From an uncultured virus (IMG/VR IMGVR_UViG_3300018494_000099) (Duplodnaviria; Heunggongvirae; Uroviricota; Caudoviricetes): a DNA stretch of 64,000 nt. This document shows, in pieces, positions 1-11,712 of the stretch. The notes under the pieces are model-generated. The model was not told the DNA's origin and did no database searches. It worked only from the letters and a program-made list of their open reading frames with translations. A program made the translations under genes and the position numbers. Location of the stretch: the IMG/VR virus record IMGVR_UViG_3300018494_000099. One strand, 5' to 3'. How positions within the stretch are numbered: position 1 is the stretch's first letter; every line of letters starts with the position of its first letter.

Positions 1-294
1 CGGCACAAAGACAAACTCCATGTCCTTATCTGTAAAGCCAATCTCATTAAAGGCATCTACAAACAGCTGCTGATATTCCAGAGGCTTAATCCAACCCGGA
101 ACAAACAGGTCATAACGATTCGAATTACCTCCGCCGATAGCCACAGTCGTATGAGCATCAATTAAAGTTACTGTAAGGCTTCTTTTGTGATAAAACGTCT
201 CGATCTTATTTTTTATATTATCGATATGTTCTTTTATTTTATCATTAGTATCATACTTATTTGCTTTCTCAGTCATTCGTTCTTTAAAAGTCAT
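1..294 (-). CDS. hypothetical protein (runs off the window start)
   Basis: ATG at 294 preceded by AAGGAGG; open to position 1 (MTFKERMTEKANKY...). Confidence 0.7.
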   Translation of the reverse strand, partial: MTFKERMTEKANKYDTNDKIKEHIDNIKNKIETFYHKRSLTVTLIDAHTTVAIGGGNSNRYDLFVPGWIKPLEYQQLFVDAFNEIGFTDKDMEFVFVP

Positions 295-1143
295 ATAAAC
301 CTCCTTAAGTATAATAATATTCGGTCATGCCGTCGTGCCAGACCTTCTTGACGATAGTGTCATCAGGGTCAATATAAGTGATAGCACTAACTCCGAGAGC
401 AGACTCCTCACTTACCTTTTCCCAAGCAATCGCGGCAAGCTCGCTAAGTTCATAGTCAGTACCATTACAAACCTCAGGAAGCTTTACAAGCTTTTCAAAT
501 CCGTCATTAATTGCCATTAGCGTACTCCTTTACTTTTTCTTCAATATAATTCTCAGCATCCTCTTTATTAAAGAAACAGTATTTGTTAAATTCCTCGACC
601 GTATAGTCAGCCACAGAGCCGTTCCGAGTCACTCTAATTTTCCAAGACTTATCTGCCTTCTGCTGTAAGCCGGAAACGTGGCCTTCTCTAAGGTCGGTCA
701 TAACCTCTTTAAACATCCAGACATGCGGCACCCAAACCTTCATTCCGATATAAGCCGGCGGTTTTACCCAACCAGCTCTAAGAAGATTCTCAGCCAGCCA
801 CGATGTTTCACAATTTCTTTCCGTGCATCTGCATTCGCATTTATCACCATAAAAGCAAAGGTCCTTAGCACATTCATTTATTAATTCAGGTGAAAAATTT
901 TCAGTCATTATTTATCCTCGCTCCACATATTGAATTCCAAAATCTTTAACTTCATCGATAGACGGAAGCTTCCCTACCAGTACCTGTTCAGTAAACTTTT
1001 CTGCTTGACCTTTTTCCTTAAAGTTTTCACAAGCTTCCGTATCTTCATAGCACAAGAAGCCACACCAGCTATCTTTTGCTCTCGCGGGCGGATTTGAGCA
1101 ACAAAGGTTCCAGTCTCCCATGCCCATAAAATATTTGCAGTCT

Positions 1144-1464
1144 TTACATGTTTTCATCGGCAAACTCCATCTTTGAACCGCACTGCGGACAATAATAGTA
1201 ATATCTGTGATACGGAACATGCTTCTTACAAGCGCTACATTCCATCATTGTAGAAGAATACCTAGACCACTTAGCATGACGAGTTCCGGGAAAATCTCTA
1301 AAAGATCCTTTTACTTCATTCTCATAAACAGGCAGGTCAATAAAAGTATTCCTCTCAGACATCTTAAGAAATCTTAAAATATTTTCAAAGTCTTCCTCAT
1401 ACTTAAAATGACTTCTATACAATCTTATAAAAGCTGTACCTGAAACATAATCGTCAATCTTCAT
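1144..1464 (-). CDS. protein with C-terminal zinc ribbon
   Basis: W...ECSACK...YCPQCGSKM. Confidence 0.65.
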   Translation of the reverse strand: MKIDDYVSGTAFIRLYRSHFKYEEDFENILRFLKMSERNTFIDLPVYENEVKGSFRDFPGTRHAKWSRYSSTMMECSACKKHVPYHRYYYYCPQCGSKMEFADENM

Positions 1465-3348
1465 ACTTTCACCTTACCAAGCAGCATAATATTACAAATT
1501 GCAATAGTCTTAAATTGATTACGTTCTCTAAGATAGTCAGACATATCATAGAAGCTATTTACAGTGTTAATTTTAGTAGGGCGGGTAATTAAACTACAGC
1601 TCTGACCACTTCGTCCCTCTTTGTCCGTACACCAATAAGAAATGGCATATAAGTATTGTTTTCTTTTCATTCTACCTCCACCTGGCTCAAAGCCACTTCA
1701 GCCTCTTCTTTGTATACAAAAGCAAGCTCGCCGAAAACATTAAAACCGATACTCTCAGTAGTACCATCAGATCTGCAAGCATCCACGTATCCAATAAATT
1801 GCTCTTCGGTTTCTTCTGTAGTAATCTTTACAATCTTAAGAGCTTCTACAATACCATAGCCGATGAAATAAATAGTTTCTCCGATCTCCGGTCGCTCAAA
1901 AGTTTCACTATAATAACTCATTTATTCTGCCTCCTCCTCAAGCCACATTTTAATAACTTCTCTATTGTTTGGTATATCATCCAAATCCGGGAAAAATCTG
2001 CATCTCTTTATGCCAGACTCGTCGGCTAACTCACAATAGGCACATTCGATAGTATCATCATAAAAAGGTGTAATACCGAGCTTTTCTTTTGCCTCTACAT
2101 AACGGCATTCAATAGACTCACAATTATCACAATACTTCTTAGCGAACCAGTTTGTCCAAGACGAGTTATCAAACATACCATTCTCGTCAAGCCAAGCCGC
2201 AAAGTCCTCTAAAGACATCTTTTTTAAGTTTTCAAAATTATTCACCATCTTCCTCCCAAGATCTCACCCACTCCTTTGCCGACTCATAGGTATAGAAACG
2301 TACTATGTTAGGACCACCATAATCTTCCCAAGAAAAGCTGTAGTAGTGTTCAAGCCAGACCCAAGTATCCTTTATTGCAACTGGAAAAAGAGCAAATCGT
2401 CTTTTAATTCGATCGTATACTGTTTTAGATTTATAAGGCCATCTCATTAAATATCTTCTCCTTCACTATAACCAATTTCTCCTCTGCTTAAGGCTTCGTT
2501 AAGTATTTCCTGTACTTCTTCAGCATTATTTTTAAACTCATACCAATCCCAGAAAGCGCCACTTGAGCAACTATTAATTGGCACTAAATGATATTCATCG
2601 CACATTCCATTGGCGTCGTAGTAATGATAAACTAAAGGAACTGCAATATCACCTTTAGTATATTTGCCAGACCAAGGTAGCTCAAGCATGCCCCACTTAG
2701 CCCAGAGAAAAAGCCCGTAGACCTTAGGCAGACTGTCTAAATATTTCTTTGTCTTAGGCGTATTCTTAAGCACCTTTCTTGCCATCGCAGTCCTCCAGCA
2801 TTTCATTTATTACTTGGTCTATATCTTCTTCTCTGACTACTGAGTAAGTTTCTGCCAACGGGTTATCTGTAGTGCACTCACCAACACTTTCAGTATATCT
2901 TAATAAATTTGCATGTACGCGTCTTAGAGTAAGCTTTCTCTCAATTTTACGCTCCTCTGCTATTCGTTCAACCATTTCTTTATAGAGCTCTTCAGTGTCG
3001 GCTATTAGTCTTTTATTTTGGTCCTGTAAGGTCTGCTTCTCAGCAGCGACACATCGCCACATATCCATTTCGGCAGCAGCTTTAGCAGCGGACCTTTCAT
3101 AACCCTCAGACTCATAAGCACCAATACTGTTTATCCAGTTCTGATAATTATAAAAAGCTTCTTTAAAAGTATCTCGCTCTTCAGTAAGCTTTTTATTTTT
3201 ATGTACGATGTCGTTAACTACATCAAGAGTATATTTAGCAATAACACTTTCGAGCGGGCTTTCTTCGCACTCCTCTTTAAGCGGACAAGTTTCACAGGAA
3301 TTACGTCCGTTAAGACTGCAGCACCTAAGTGCCTCAATAATATCATCT

Positions 3349-3582
3349 TTACTGTATTTCATTTTTCTTCTCCTTAACTCGATTATATATTCTTATAAGG
3401 TGCTCAGCGTATTCTGCTCTTTTATTATAAATCTTTACAGCACTATCAGGGTTTACTTTTGCTTCACCCCAGTCAATAGGTGTTTCACAGCATTCCGTAC
3501 ATCGAACATACCAAAGGTCTCTTTGGTCACCACATCGTGATAACTTAGGTATGCCGCCGCAAAAAGGGCACTTTTTTATCAT
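3349..3582 (-). CDS. Lar (restriction alleviation)-like zinc-finger protein
   Basis: KKCPFCGG...VRCTEC...AVKIYNKR matches the Lar-family layout; start uncertain. Confidence 0.55.
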   Translation of the reverse strand: MIKKCPFCGGIPKLSRCGDQRDLWYVRCTECCETPIDWGEAKVNPDSAVKIYNKRAEYAEHLIRIYNRVKEKKNEIQ

Positions 3583-4235
3583 AGAAAAATTAGCTCGTTT
3601 CTTAAGTAAGTTCAGTATCTTCATTATTCTCTTCCTCACTTTCAAAGTCTTTACAGGTATCAAACGGGTCTTTCTGCACCGGGTAGCTAAGAACTGATAA
3701 ATTACAGTAAACTACACATTTTCCTTTTTCAAAGTGAGGATATCCATATTTACAAAACTTACACCACTTACAGCTCATTCATCTGCCTCCTCGTCCGACC
3801 AGGCAATGCAACTGGTAAAGCCGTCAAAGGTAGCATTGTCAAACCAAAGATCCTCATCGGCTTTTTCTTTAGCAATATCCTTAGCTTCCTCTTCAGTGTC
3901 GGCCTCAATGTCATCATAATCCATAGTAAGCATTATGCTTACACTTACATTCCATTTCATTTCTCGGTCTCCTTATCCCATACTTCTTTACCGGTATTTC
4001 TATCAAGCCAGACCTTATCAAAGTAGTAGTATTTGGCATTGCAATTACAGAATAAGTTTGAGCCCTCAAAGTTCTCACATTCTGCTCCACAAAACGGGCA
4101 GGTCTTCTTATATCTTTTGCGCTCGCTCATAAAGTCCTCCAAAATAAATTTCATTATTATATAATACAATATTAGGATCGACCGTATAAATAAAAAATGT
4201 GAATAATTTGTTAATAAATCATTCACATTTATTTT

Positions 4236-4535
4236 TTAATTCATCTTTGCCCCACAACAAGGACAAAACTTATATGTAGTATTTGCTTTTCCTTTACACG
4301 CTGAACAGACTACGTGCTTAAACATAGGGTCTGGCATTTCTTCATCTGGTTCAGGACTCCAAGTTCCGTACCTCGCAAGAATAACATCTTCTGCCTTTAT
4401 AGAATCAATCATATGTATGAAATGTCTGTGTTCAGCTATGTGATTCTGACTCTGCAGAGGATTATTATGCGGATTATAATTCATGCTCTCGATAACTCTA
4501 TCGACTAGTTCATTAGCTTTTATATACTTATCCAC
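4236..4535 (-). CDS. protein with C-terminal zinc ribbon
   Basis: GTW...VCSACK...KFCPCCGAKM. Confidence 0.65.
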   Translation of the reverse strand: MDKYIKANELVDRVIESMNYNPHNNPLQSQNHIAEHRHFIHMIDSIKAEDVILARYGTWSPEPDEEMPDPMFKHVVCSACKGKANTTYKFCPCCGAKMN

Positions 4536-5284
4536 TTATCTTTCCCTTTCAGCTGGCTCTTCATCTAAAATTTTATACCCAATAGAAACACTGCTCTTAT
4601 TACTTCTTATTTGTTCAATAGGATAACCGCAAAAAGTATCGGGCTCATCTTTTGCGACAGTAAATCTTAGATCATATTTATAATTAACTGCCAAAGAATT
4701 AAACAAATCCGGTGTGATAAAGATAGTCGGCTTATAACCTGTTCTCATCTCAAAATTTTCGGCGTGATAAAGGATGTTATGAAACAAATTTTCTACTGGA
4801 TTTGGTGAAACATACATATAATTTTTACTCATAAGTTTACCCCGCATCAAACATTACTTCAGGAAACCAAGAAGTCTCTCTACCCTCGGTCTCTGTATAA
4901 TCTACATTAATACTGAACTTAGGTCTAAAGTCTCCATCGCCATCAGCATAAAAACCAATAAGCGAAGAATGACCTATATTACCATTACGTTCAAGTTGTC
5001 TCAAGAAAGAACAGAAATCATTTACCCATCTTTCAGGCATCTCACAATCAATAGTAAATCTCTTATTTGCCATTTTTCTTTTTCACCTCCCACCATTCTT
5101 TAATATCGTCTATCTCACGAGCCATTCTCTTATAGTACTCTTCTTCCTCTAAAACAGTACTGCAATCCTCACAAAGATATTCCTGTTCAACTTCTCCGTT
5201 AGCTACAGGACAATCCGGGTCGCCGTACTTACAACCATGCCACTTACAACAATGTGCAGCGTGTACTCCAATAGATCCTCTCAT

Positions 5285-5638
5285 TTAATCTCGCTCCCTT
5301 ACAGTAAGAATTTTTCCTTCAGTATTAATAATTTCATATTTATTTAGAAAATCATTCATTGATACTGAGTCATCTATAATAACTTGATAATGTGTTTCAT
5401 ATTTAGCAGGCGTTTCACAATATACTCCAAATAGAAATCCAAAAAGTAGACTTATAAATATTCCGAAACCTACTAGAGCTATCCAGCCTATTAAATCGGG
5501 GCCTTCAGTTATTGATAGAATTATACCAATAATTATAAAAATACCAAAGATTATGCTAAATGTAATCCAGAAAGCAGTCCAACCAAAACTGGATTCTGTT
5601 ACTACTTGAATTTCATTTAAAATTTCTACACCAGTCAT
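5285..5638 (-). CDS. membrane protein with two predicted TM helices
   Basis: Two long hydrophobic stretches (FWITFSIIFGIFIIIGIIL; WIALVGFGIFISLLFGFLFGV). Confidence 0.7.
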   Translation of the reverse strand: MTGVEILNEIQVVTESSFGWTAFWITFSIIFGIFIIIGIILSITEGPDLIGWIALVGFGIFISLLFGFLFGVYCETPAKYETHYQVIIDDSVSMNDFLNKYEIINTEGKILTVRERD

Positions 5639-5889
5639 TACTTTTCTCTCCTAATCATCTTAATCCAATCTTCAATAGCTTTCTCAACAGCTACATGATA
5701 AGGATTAAAAGTATTCCAGCCTCGACTGTCTGTATGGGCTCCGCAATAAGGACACTGTATTCTAACGTGATGGTATCTGTAGTCGCCAACGTCATCATAA
5801 TCCTCTATAAGCTCAGGCTCTTCACCGCAGAAACAATTAGGCAGGTCTACCGTTTCCTTACTTTCTTTATAATATTCAATTTTTGCCAT
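5638..5889 (-). CDS. Lar-like zinc-finger protein
   Basis: LPNCFCG...IQCPYCG...AIEDW; start at MAKIEYY after GGAGG. Confidence 0.5.
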   Translation of the reverse strand: MAKIEYYKESKETVDLPNCFCGEEPELIEDYDDVGDYRYHHVRIQCPYCGAHTDSRGWNTFNPYHVAVEKAIEDWIKMIRREK

Positions 5890-7030
5890 CAAACAAAACC
5901 TCCTTAAGCTTTTCAAACTCATCAAGATACTGGTCCCACTTATTCTCATTCCAGCCGGCGGTATAATCCTTAGTAGACATAATGTTATTATAATTTCTGA
6001 AAGCAAGGTCCTGATAAATCTTAGGAAGAGTCTGTACCCAGTAAGCATAAGTCTTTTTAGGAATATCATAGAGTCGCTGACAGGACTTAGCAATCTGATC
6101 GCCTACCTTATAGTAAGCCTTCATAAGATTCTGTACCTTCTCGAGCTCTTCCTTGTAGTCGGCGGCATAACAAAGAAACTCTTCTACCTCATTAGTAAGG
6201 ATTACGTTGATAAGATGCTTTCTATTGATCACATTATTATTCCGGGCGAAGTGCGCCATAACATAAGCAGGCGACTTTATCTTAACACGGTTAAAATTAG
6301 CATCACAGGCTACAACGCCTTCTGCGTCCCAAGGGAAATTCTCAGTAACCTTAATACAATGCTCCAAAGTATTAAAAGGGTACTGCTTAGGCAACTTAAA
6401 TCTTCCCATACCAAGAGCACCAGCAGCCAAAGGAGAACAGTTAAGCTCTTCTCCGGTATACTTATTACGAGCTCCAAGGAAATAGATATCAGGCTCTTCG
6501 TAAGGAATAACTACTCTGTTATAAGGGCCTACCAACTCAAACATATAGGTAAGGTCCGAGTCAAGCTCACAAAGAAAACTACTGCAGGTAGTATAGTATG
6601 TATGAATAGTTTCAGTAAAGTAAGTTCCGAAGTCAGGCATTCTAGCGTCACCAATCTCTGCCTTATAAGCATCAATAGTTCCATTAGTAGAGATCTTCCA
6701 AGAACCATCCCACCATACCTTAATTAGAGAGCCGTCGACCTTCTCAGATACGAAAGCGGTAGACCAATCAATCTCTGCTGCGTTTGGCTCTCCTGCATTA
6801 AAAAACTTCATAAACGGCCAACAAACAGGATGAGTCCAATCATCTCTTTTAAAGATAATGCCTCTAGCTTCCTGAACAATATGATTAGAAAAATCTGATC
6901 TGAGCTGGTCATAGTTAAAAATTACATAAGGGCCGTCTTCCTTTATCTTAAGATAATAAGGCTCTTGAGTCAAAAGCTCTTCCCAGTTATCGTGCATATA
7001 GCAAAACAAGCCAAGTTCAGTATTAAACAT
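5876..7030 (-). CDS. T4 Rnl1-like RNA ligase
   Basis: EARGIIF, PFMKFFN, motif I EKVDGSLI, FEL, EGVV and RVKIKS motifs typical of Rnl1-family ligases. Confidence 0.85.
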   Translation of the reverse strand: MFNTELGLFCYMHDNWEELLTQEPYYLKIKEDGPYVIFNYDQLRSDFSNHIVQEARGIIFKRDDWTHPVCWPFMKFFNAGEPNAAEIDWSTAFVSEKVDGSLIKVWWDGSWKISTNGTIDAYKAEIGDARMPDFGTYFTETIHTYYTTCSSFLCELDSDLTYMFELVGPYNRVVIPYEEPDIYFLGARNKYTGEELNCSPLAAGALGMGRFKLPKQYPFNTLEHCIKVTENFPWDAEGVVACDANFNRVKIKSPAYVMAHFARNNNVINRKHLINVILTNEVEEFLCYAADYKEELEKVQNLMKAYYKVGDQIAKSCQRLYDIPKKTYAYWVQTLPKIYQDLAFRNYNNIMSTKDYTAGWNENKWDQYLDEFEKLKEVLFDGKN

Positions 7031-7500
7031 CGTATCCTCACTTTCCAAGAACATCAAGAGTTTCAATAATGCTCTGAAGCCTATACATTTCCTTATTTAC
7101 GCTTACATAATTATCTGTGCGCTCATCATAGTACCAGTAGCCGAGAGCATCAATCTTCGCACACATGCCTTCATAAGAATTGATAGCTTCAAAAGCTTTG
7201 AGCTGAGCCTCAGTTTTAACATGTACATACATAGCTTCGTCTACTCTGGTAGTATTACAAAAATTATGATCAAGCATTACGGTGCCAGTAATATTTTCTA
7301 AATGGTCCTGCCACTCCTGAGCCTCAGACTGGTCTTCGAATTCTCTGCCGTCAGTAGTTTCATAAGTATAAGTAGTATGAGTTTTAATCTTAAGCTTTGA
7401 CATATCTTAGCACCTCAAAATAAGTTTTCTTATTATATAATACAATATCAGATATAGAAAAACAGCTACTTCTGTAAAAGAAATAGCTGTTAATTTATTT

Positions 7501-8043
7501 TTAATTATTTATAGTATTAAGTTTAGTCACTACTTTAGCAATAGCTTTCTGATAGCCTTCCTCATCGCCAGTGATTTCAGTATACGGAATATTTAATCTC
7601 TGATACAGTTCCTTAATTTCTGTGCTCAGAGCATCACTTTCTTCGGCCGTCTGATTACGACCCTTAGGATTATAAGGCTTAACTCTATTTATAAAGAAGT
7701 TAATATTATCATAAGAATTATATACAGCCATAGCCAACGCAGTAAGTGGTTCTTTAATCTTTTCATCTTTAGTATAAATAATAGTAAGCGGAAGCGGACT
7801 GTCTGTAACAATAACATCTACTTCATTTCTACATCTAGCAAGTCTGTAGGACTGCTTACCAAAGATATACTCCTGACAATTTAGGGCAGTAATATTATGC
7901 TCCCAAGTCTTATCCTTTGCAAACTCGCCGACAAGCTCACAGTTAATACCAAGTAGCTTAAGCTCACTAAAAATTTTTGCTGCACCAGTGCTCTTACCAG
8001 CTCCCGGTGCTCCGGTCAAATTAACAACAATAGGTTTATTCAT
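7501..8043 (-). CDS. P-loop kinase/ATPase (NadR/Ttd14 AAA-like)
   Basis: Walker A GAPGAGKST, EFAK, VIVTDSP, GRNQT. Confidence 0.75.
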   Translation of the reverse strand: MNKPIVVNLTGAPGAGKSTGAAKIFSELKLLGINCELVGEFAKDKTWEHNITALNCQEYIFGKQSYRLARCRNEVDVIVTDSPLPLTIIYTKDEKIKEPLTALAMAVYNSYDNINFFINRVKPYNPKGRNQTAEESDALSTEIKELYQRLNIPYTEITGDEEGYQKAIAKVVTKLNTINN

Positions 8044-9813
8044 AAATTACCTTCCTTTATATCTTCTTAAGTTTTTCTAGTATCTCTATGCCTTTATCGC
8101 AGAGCTCGTCCCAACCAAAAGACTGAAGACGGTCTACTACGCAATTATTAGATGTTTCACGTGAATCAAGCTCAATAGCAATTTCATAAAGATCGTCTAG
8201 CATTACAAATCTCTCCTCAATGGCTTTCATTTGATCTTCTAGAGTTGGACAATCACTAACCTCAATCTCGTTGGGATCAAAACCTTCAAAACCAACATCT
8301 TTAAGAAATTGCGCAACTTCTTCCGGTGTTGTCTCAATATCTTTAAATTTCATTATCGTCCTCCGGAATAACCTCAATGCAAAACAAATTTTTAAGGTTA
8401 TATATTTGCTCGTCTGTTGGCCTCTGCCACTGCATAGTGTCATCTATATAAAATGTCATAGCGCCACCACAGAGTTTTATTGTTGCCACTCTCTTAGGAA
8501 TTCTAATAGTATAATCGCCATCTGGCATAATAATATCATCCATTATTTTGTCCTCACCAATCTATATCATTAGATACGCCTCTGCTAAAGAAGTCATCAT
8601 CTAAAGAATAATTATATTTCTCTTCTAGTTTCTTACAAACAGTCATAGCTGCCTCAACAACTTCTTCTGAAGTCATTTTCTCATAGTCACACTTCCTGGT
8701 CCAGTCAGCAAAATAGAATTCAGTCAGTACATCGTAAAGAACTCTTTCCTGAATAGTTCTTTCGTAGTTCCCGAATACTTTTTTGAACTGTTCTTCTACA
8801 GGAAGCTCTTCAAAAGGTATTTTATTCTTCAACATCAATGCTCCTTTTTATCAGAGAAAAAGGTTTCTGCGTCAAACCACTGGTCTTTAATAATGTTACC
8901 AATAATCTTAACAGAGCCTCCCCAGCCTTTGGTAGCAACACGAACATACTTGCCCTTTAGGTTCTGAAATCTTTCTACACCAACGATATCCATGATTCTT
9001 GTCAAGTATTCCATACCCGCAGCACTACCACTAAAGAAATCATCATCGGCTCCAAGATAACCTTTGCCGAGACAATAGCCACCATAAACAACGCTCCATC
9101 CGCCACCGTCGAGAGTCATAGCAAGAGTAAGGCATCCGTGGTCTGCCATACTCAAATCTACATCTTTAATAACGGCATTTTCAATTTTATAACCTTCTTT
9201 AATCAACTGGTCGTAATCATACTTTCTCATTGGTTATTCTCCTTAAGCATAATCTTTCATCATCTTATTATATAAGCTTCCGTCTATATCAAGTCGGGCT
9301 CCCATCCAAACATTAGGATAATCTATCGAGAACCAACCACCGTCTACTGTTCTTACAAAGTACAAAGGTTCTGAATCAAAATTAGATTTTGCCATAATAA
9401 AATAATCAGTGTCCTGAGCAAATAACCAATAACACTCTCTTACTTGCTCTTCCCAAGCTTTATACAAATCAGTAATCTCGTAAGCTTCCTCTGGGTAAAT
9501 AAGCTTCTGTATTGTTGCAGTATAATGTCTGCTCATACTCAACTTACCGTCGTCAAAGATATGATATTCCTTTCCTACTTCCGGAACTGGCTGAAACTTA
9601 TAAGGCTCAGTATTAATAACAGTTATTCCTCCCATACTTTATCTACCTCACGCTCAATCCAGTAATATTTATAAGCCCAACAAGAATCATTAACGCACTG
9701 CTCGTATTCTTTAGCAGCCCTGCTAGCCTTTTCATTAGAAGAAAAAACTCCCATCACTCTTTCACACTCTTGCCCGGCGATCGTAACCTCTTCCATAACT
9801 ACATATACTTTCA

Positions 9814-10272
9814 TTAGCTATTCTCCTCCTTCATCTTTGCACCACAATTAAAACAATAGTAAGCTCCGTCATAATGCGGAAGATCTGTTTCCTTGCCACA
9901 TGCTGTGCACTTCCAACGATGATTATCCACTCTGATCCACTTACCAGTTCTGGAAGTAATATCAGGAACCTGCTCCCGCGGCAGCTGAGTATAAGAAACA
10001 AGTTCATCAATAAGTTCCTTTAAACTCTCTACTGTATTACATCCGTCATAGTCTACTCCGATAGCCCAGATCAAGTGACGACGGTTATTCAGGTCAGCGA
10101 CTTCTTTCTTAAGCTCATCTATATCTGCTTCTATTTCCTCTAGGTCTGCAAGCACGTCCTCGACAGTATAAACTCCAGCATAAAAATCTTCTCCGTCATG
10201 CTGATAAGCAGGCTCTTTGGCGAGCTTATTAAGTATCTCATTAACGTCATTTACTCTATAGTACTTTTCCAT
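9814..10272 (-). CDS. protein with C-terminal zinc ribbon
   Basis: GKWI...KCTACG...YCFNCGAKM. Confidence 0.65.
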   Translation of the reverse strand: MEKYYRVNDVNEILNKLAKEPAYQHDGEDFYAGVYTVEDVLADLEEIEADIDELKKEVADLNNRRHLIWAIGVDYDGCNTVESLKELIDELVSYTQLPREQVPDITSRTGKWIRVDNHRWKCTACGKETDLPHYDGAYYCFNCGAKMKEENS

Positions 10273-10697
10273 ACTCTATCTCCTCAAGCAACTCTGCTTT
10301 AATAGCAACACTGCGATATTTCTTACCCCAGTAGTAAAACAATATATCCTCAACATCTTCTTTCTTGAGCCGGCTATCAAATATAATATCTAACTTAGTA
10401 TTATCATCTGCCGGGCCATCGTAGTCATTTCTACCTCGGTATCCAGTAATTCTCCAAACGTTAGCTTTCACTAATCAATCTCCTCCACGCCATCTGTATT
10501 CGCCAGTTTTAGGGTCATATTCAAAAGCAGGTTCTTGATAATCCATACTATCAAAATAGAGCATATTAAATACCCATTTCTCATTTGCAGGATACTCGGT
10601 ATACTTAACTCCCCACTTATCTGCCCAGGCTTTAAGTTCTTCATACATGTTCATTTAAAGTATCCTCCAATAAATCTTCTTTATAATATAATACAAT

Positions 10698-10728
10698 AAG
10701 AGATAGCTTAAAATTAAGCTATCTCTTA
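10698..10728 (-). terminator. intrinsic terminator-like hairpin
   Basis: AAGAGATAGCTTAA-AA-TTAAGCTATCTCTT perfect inverted repeat between genes. Confidence 0.75.
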
Positions 10729-11300
10729 AGATTTATAATTTACTTTTCACAAGGATTTTCTACTTTAAGCTGCGTAGCAAGTCTCCTGATAATATCATAA
10801 GCACTTTCAGCACGAGCAAGTTTCTCAGCGTCTTGGGCATCTTGGACTGCTTTATAAGCACCCATCAAAAATCCTTTAATAATAGCTTCTTCGCCTCTGG
10901 TCATACTATACCTCCTTATAATGAATCCTCTGTCATTTGTTCTAGTGCTTCTTCTACTGCTTCTTTAAAAGTAATATCCGGATTCTTAGTTTCCGGCACA
11001 TTCTGATATTCAGTATAAAGCTCTGACTCATAAACGTTTTCTACTACTTCACCTGTCTTTGCCATCTTAACAATATAAGTAAATTCCTTAAAGATAAATC
11101 CGCTCTTCTTTGTGGATACTCCTGTAACCTCACAAGGAACACAAAACTTCTGTAGCTTTCTTTTATTAAACTCTGGCAGAATAACAAGTAGTTTATATAC
11201 CTTATCTCCTACCTTATACTTTGGTGTCTTGCCACTTCTATAAGTAGCTGATGCATCAAACCAACCCATATTTAACTATCTCCTTAGTAATATTATTAAT

Positions 11301-11702
11301 TTAATCTTCCTGATATAGTTCCATAGAACAGTCTACAGCTGAATGTTCACAAAGCAGGGCGGATTCAATAGTAAAGTCAGTAACAACATTAACTCCATTA
11401 TTATGAACTACATTTCCATACCCAGCTAAAGTAAATCCAAAATTACGTTCTGCGACTTTTATTGCTTTAATGTGTGCTGGCGAAAATACTTCAGCATCTA
11501 TAGTAACTACTCTACCATCTTCAAGGCGGGCAGTTCCCACCCCGATAAGTTCGTCAGCCTCATCCTTTATAGGCAAGGTTTTAGCTAAGCAAAGCTCTTT
11601 AAAAGCAGGCTCATTAAAAGCTTTCTCAAGAACCTCTTGAGAGTAGATTCTGCCATTCCGAGTACCTTTTTCCGGATACGCATATTTTATAGTAACTCTC
11701 AT
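11301..11702 (-). CDS. hypothetical protein with prohead-protease-like N-terminal motif
   Basis: TRNGRIYSQEVLEKA resembles the N-terminal NxNGRxY motif of T4 gp21-type proteases; catalytic His/Ser motifs not evident. Confidence 0.35.
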   Translation of the reverse strand: MRVTIKYAYPEKGTRNGRIYSQEVLEKAFNEPAFKELCLAKTLPIKDEADELIGVGTARLEDGRVVTIDAEVFSPAHIKAIKVAERNFGFTLAGYGNVVHNNGVNVVTDFTIESALLCEHSAVDCSMELYQED

Positions 11703-11712
11703 ATACTACTCC

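Larger units (their letters stand above)
305..5638 (-). other. array of about 18 tightly packed small hypothetical phage genes, several with Cys-rich zinc motifs
   Basis: Abutting or overlapping minus-strand ORFs of 60-200 aa, most with GGAG/GGAGG RBS. Confidence 0.8.
8057..11269 (-). other. array of small hypothetical genes
   Basis: Packed minus-strand ORFs with RBSs, including short ORFs absent from the track at about 10471-10654 and 10740-10904. Confidence 0.75.
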
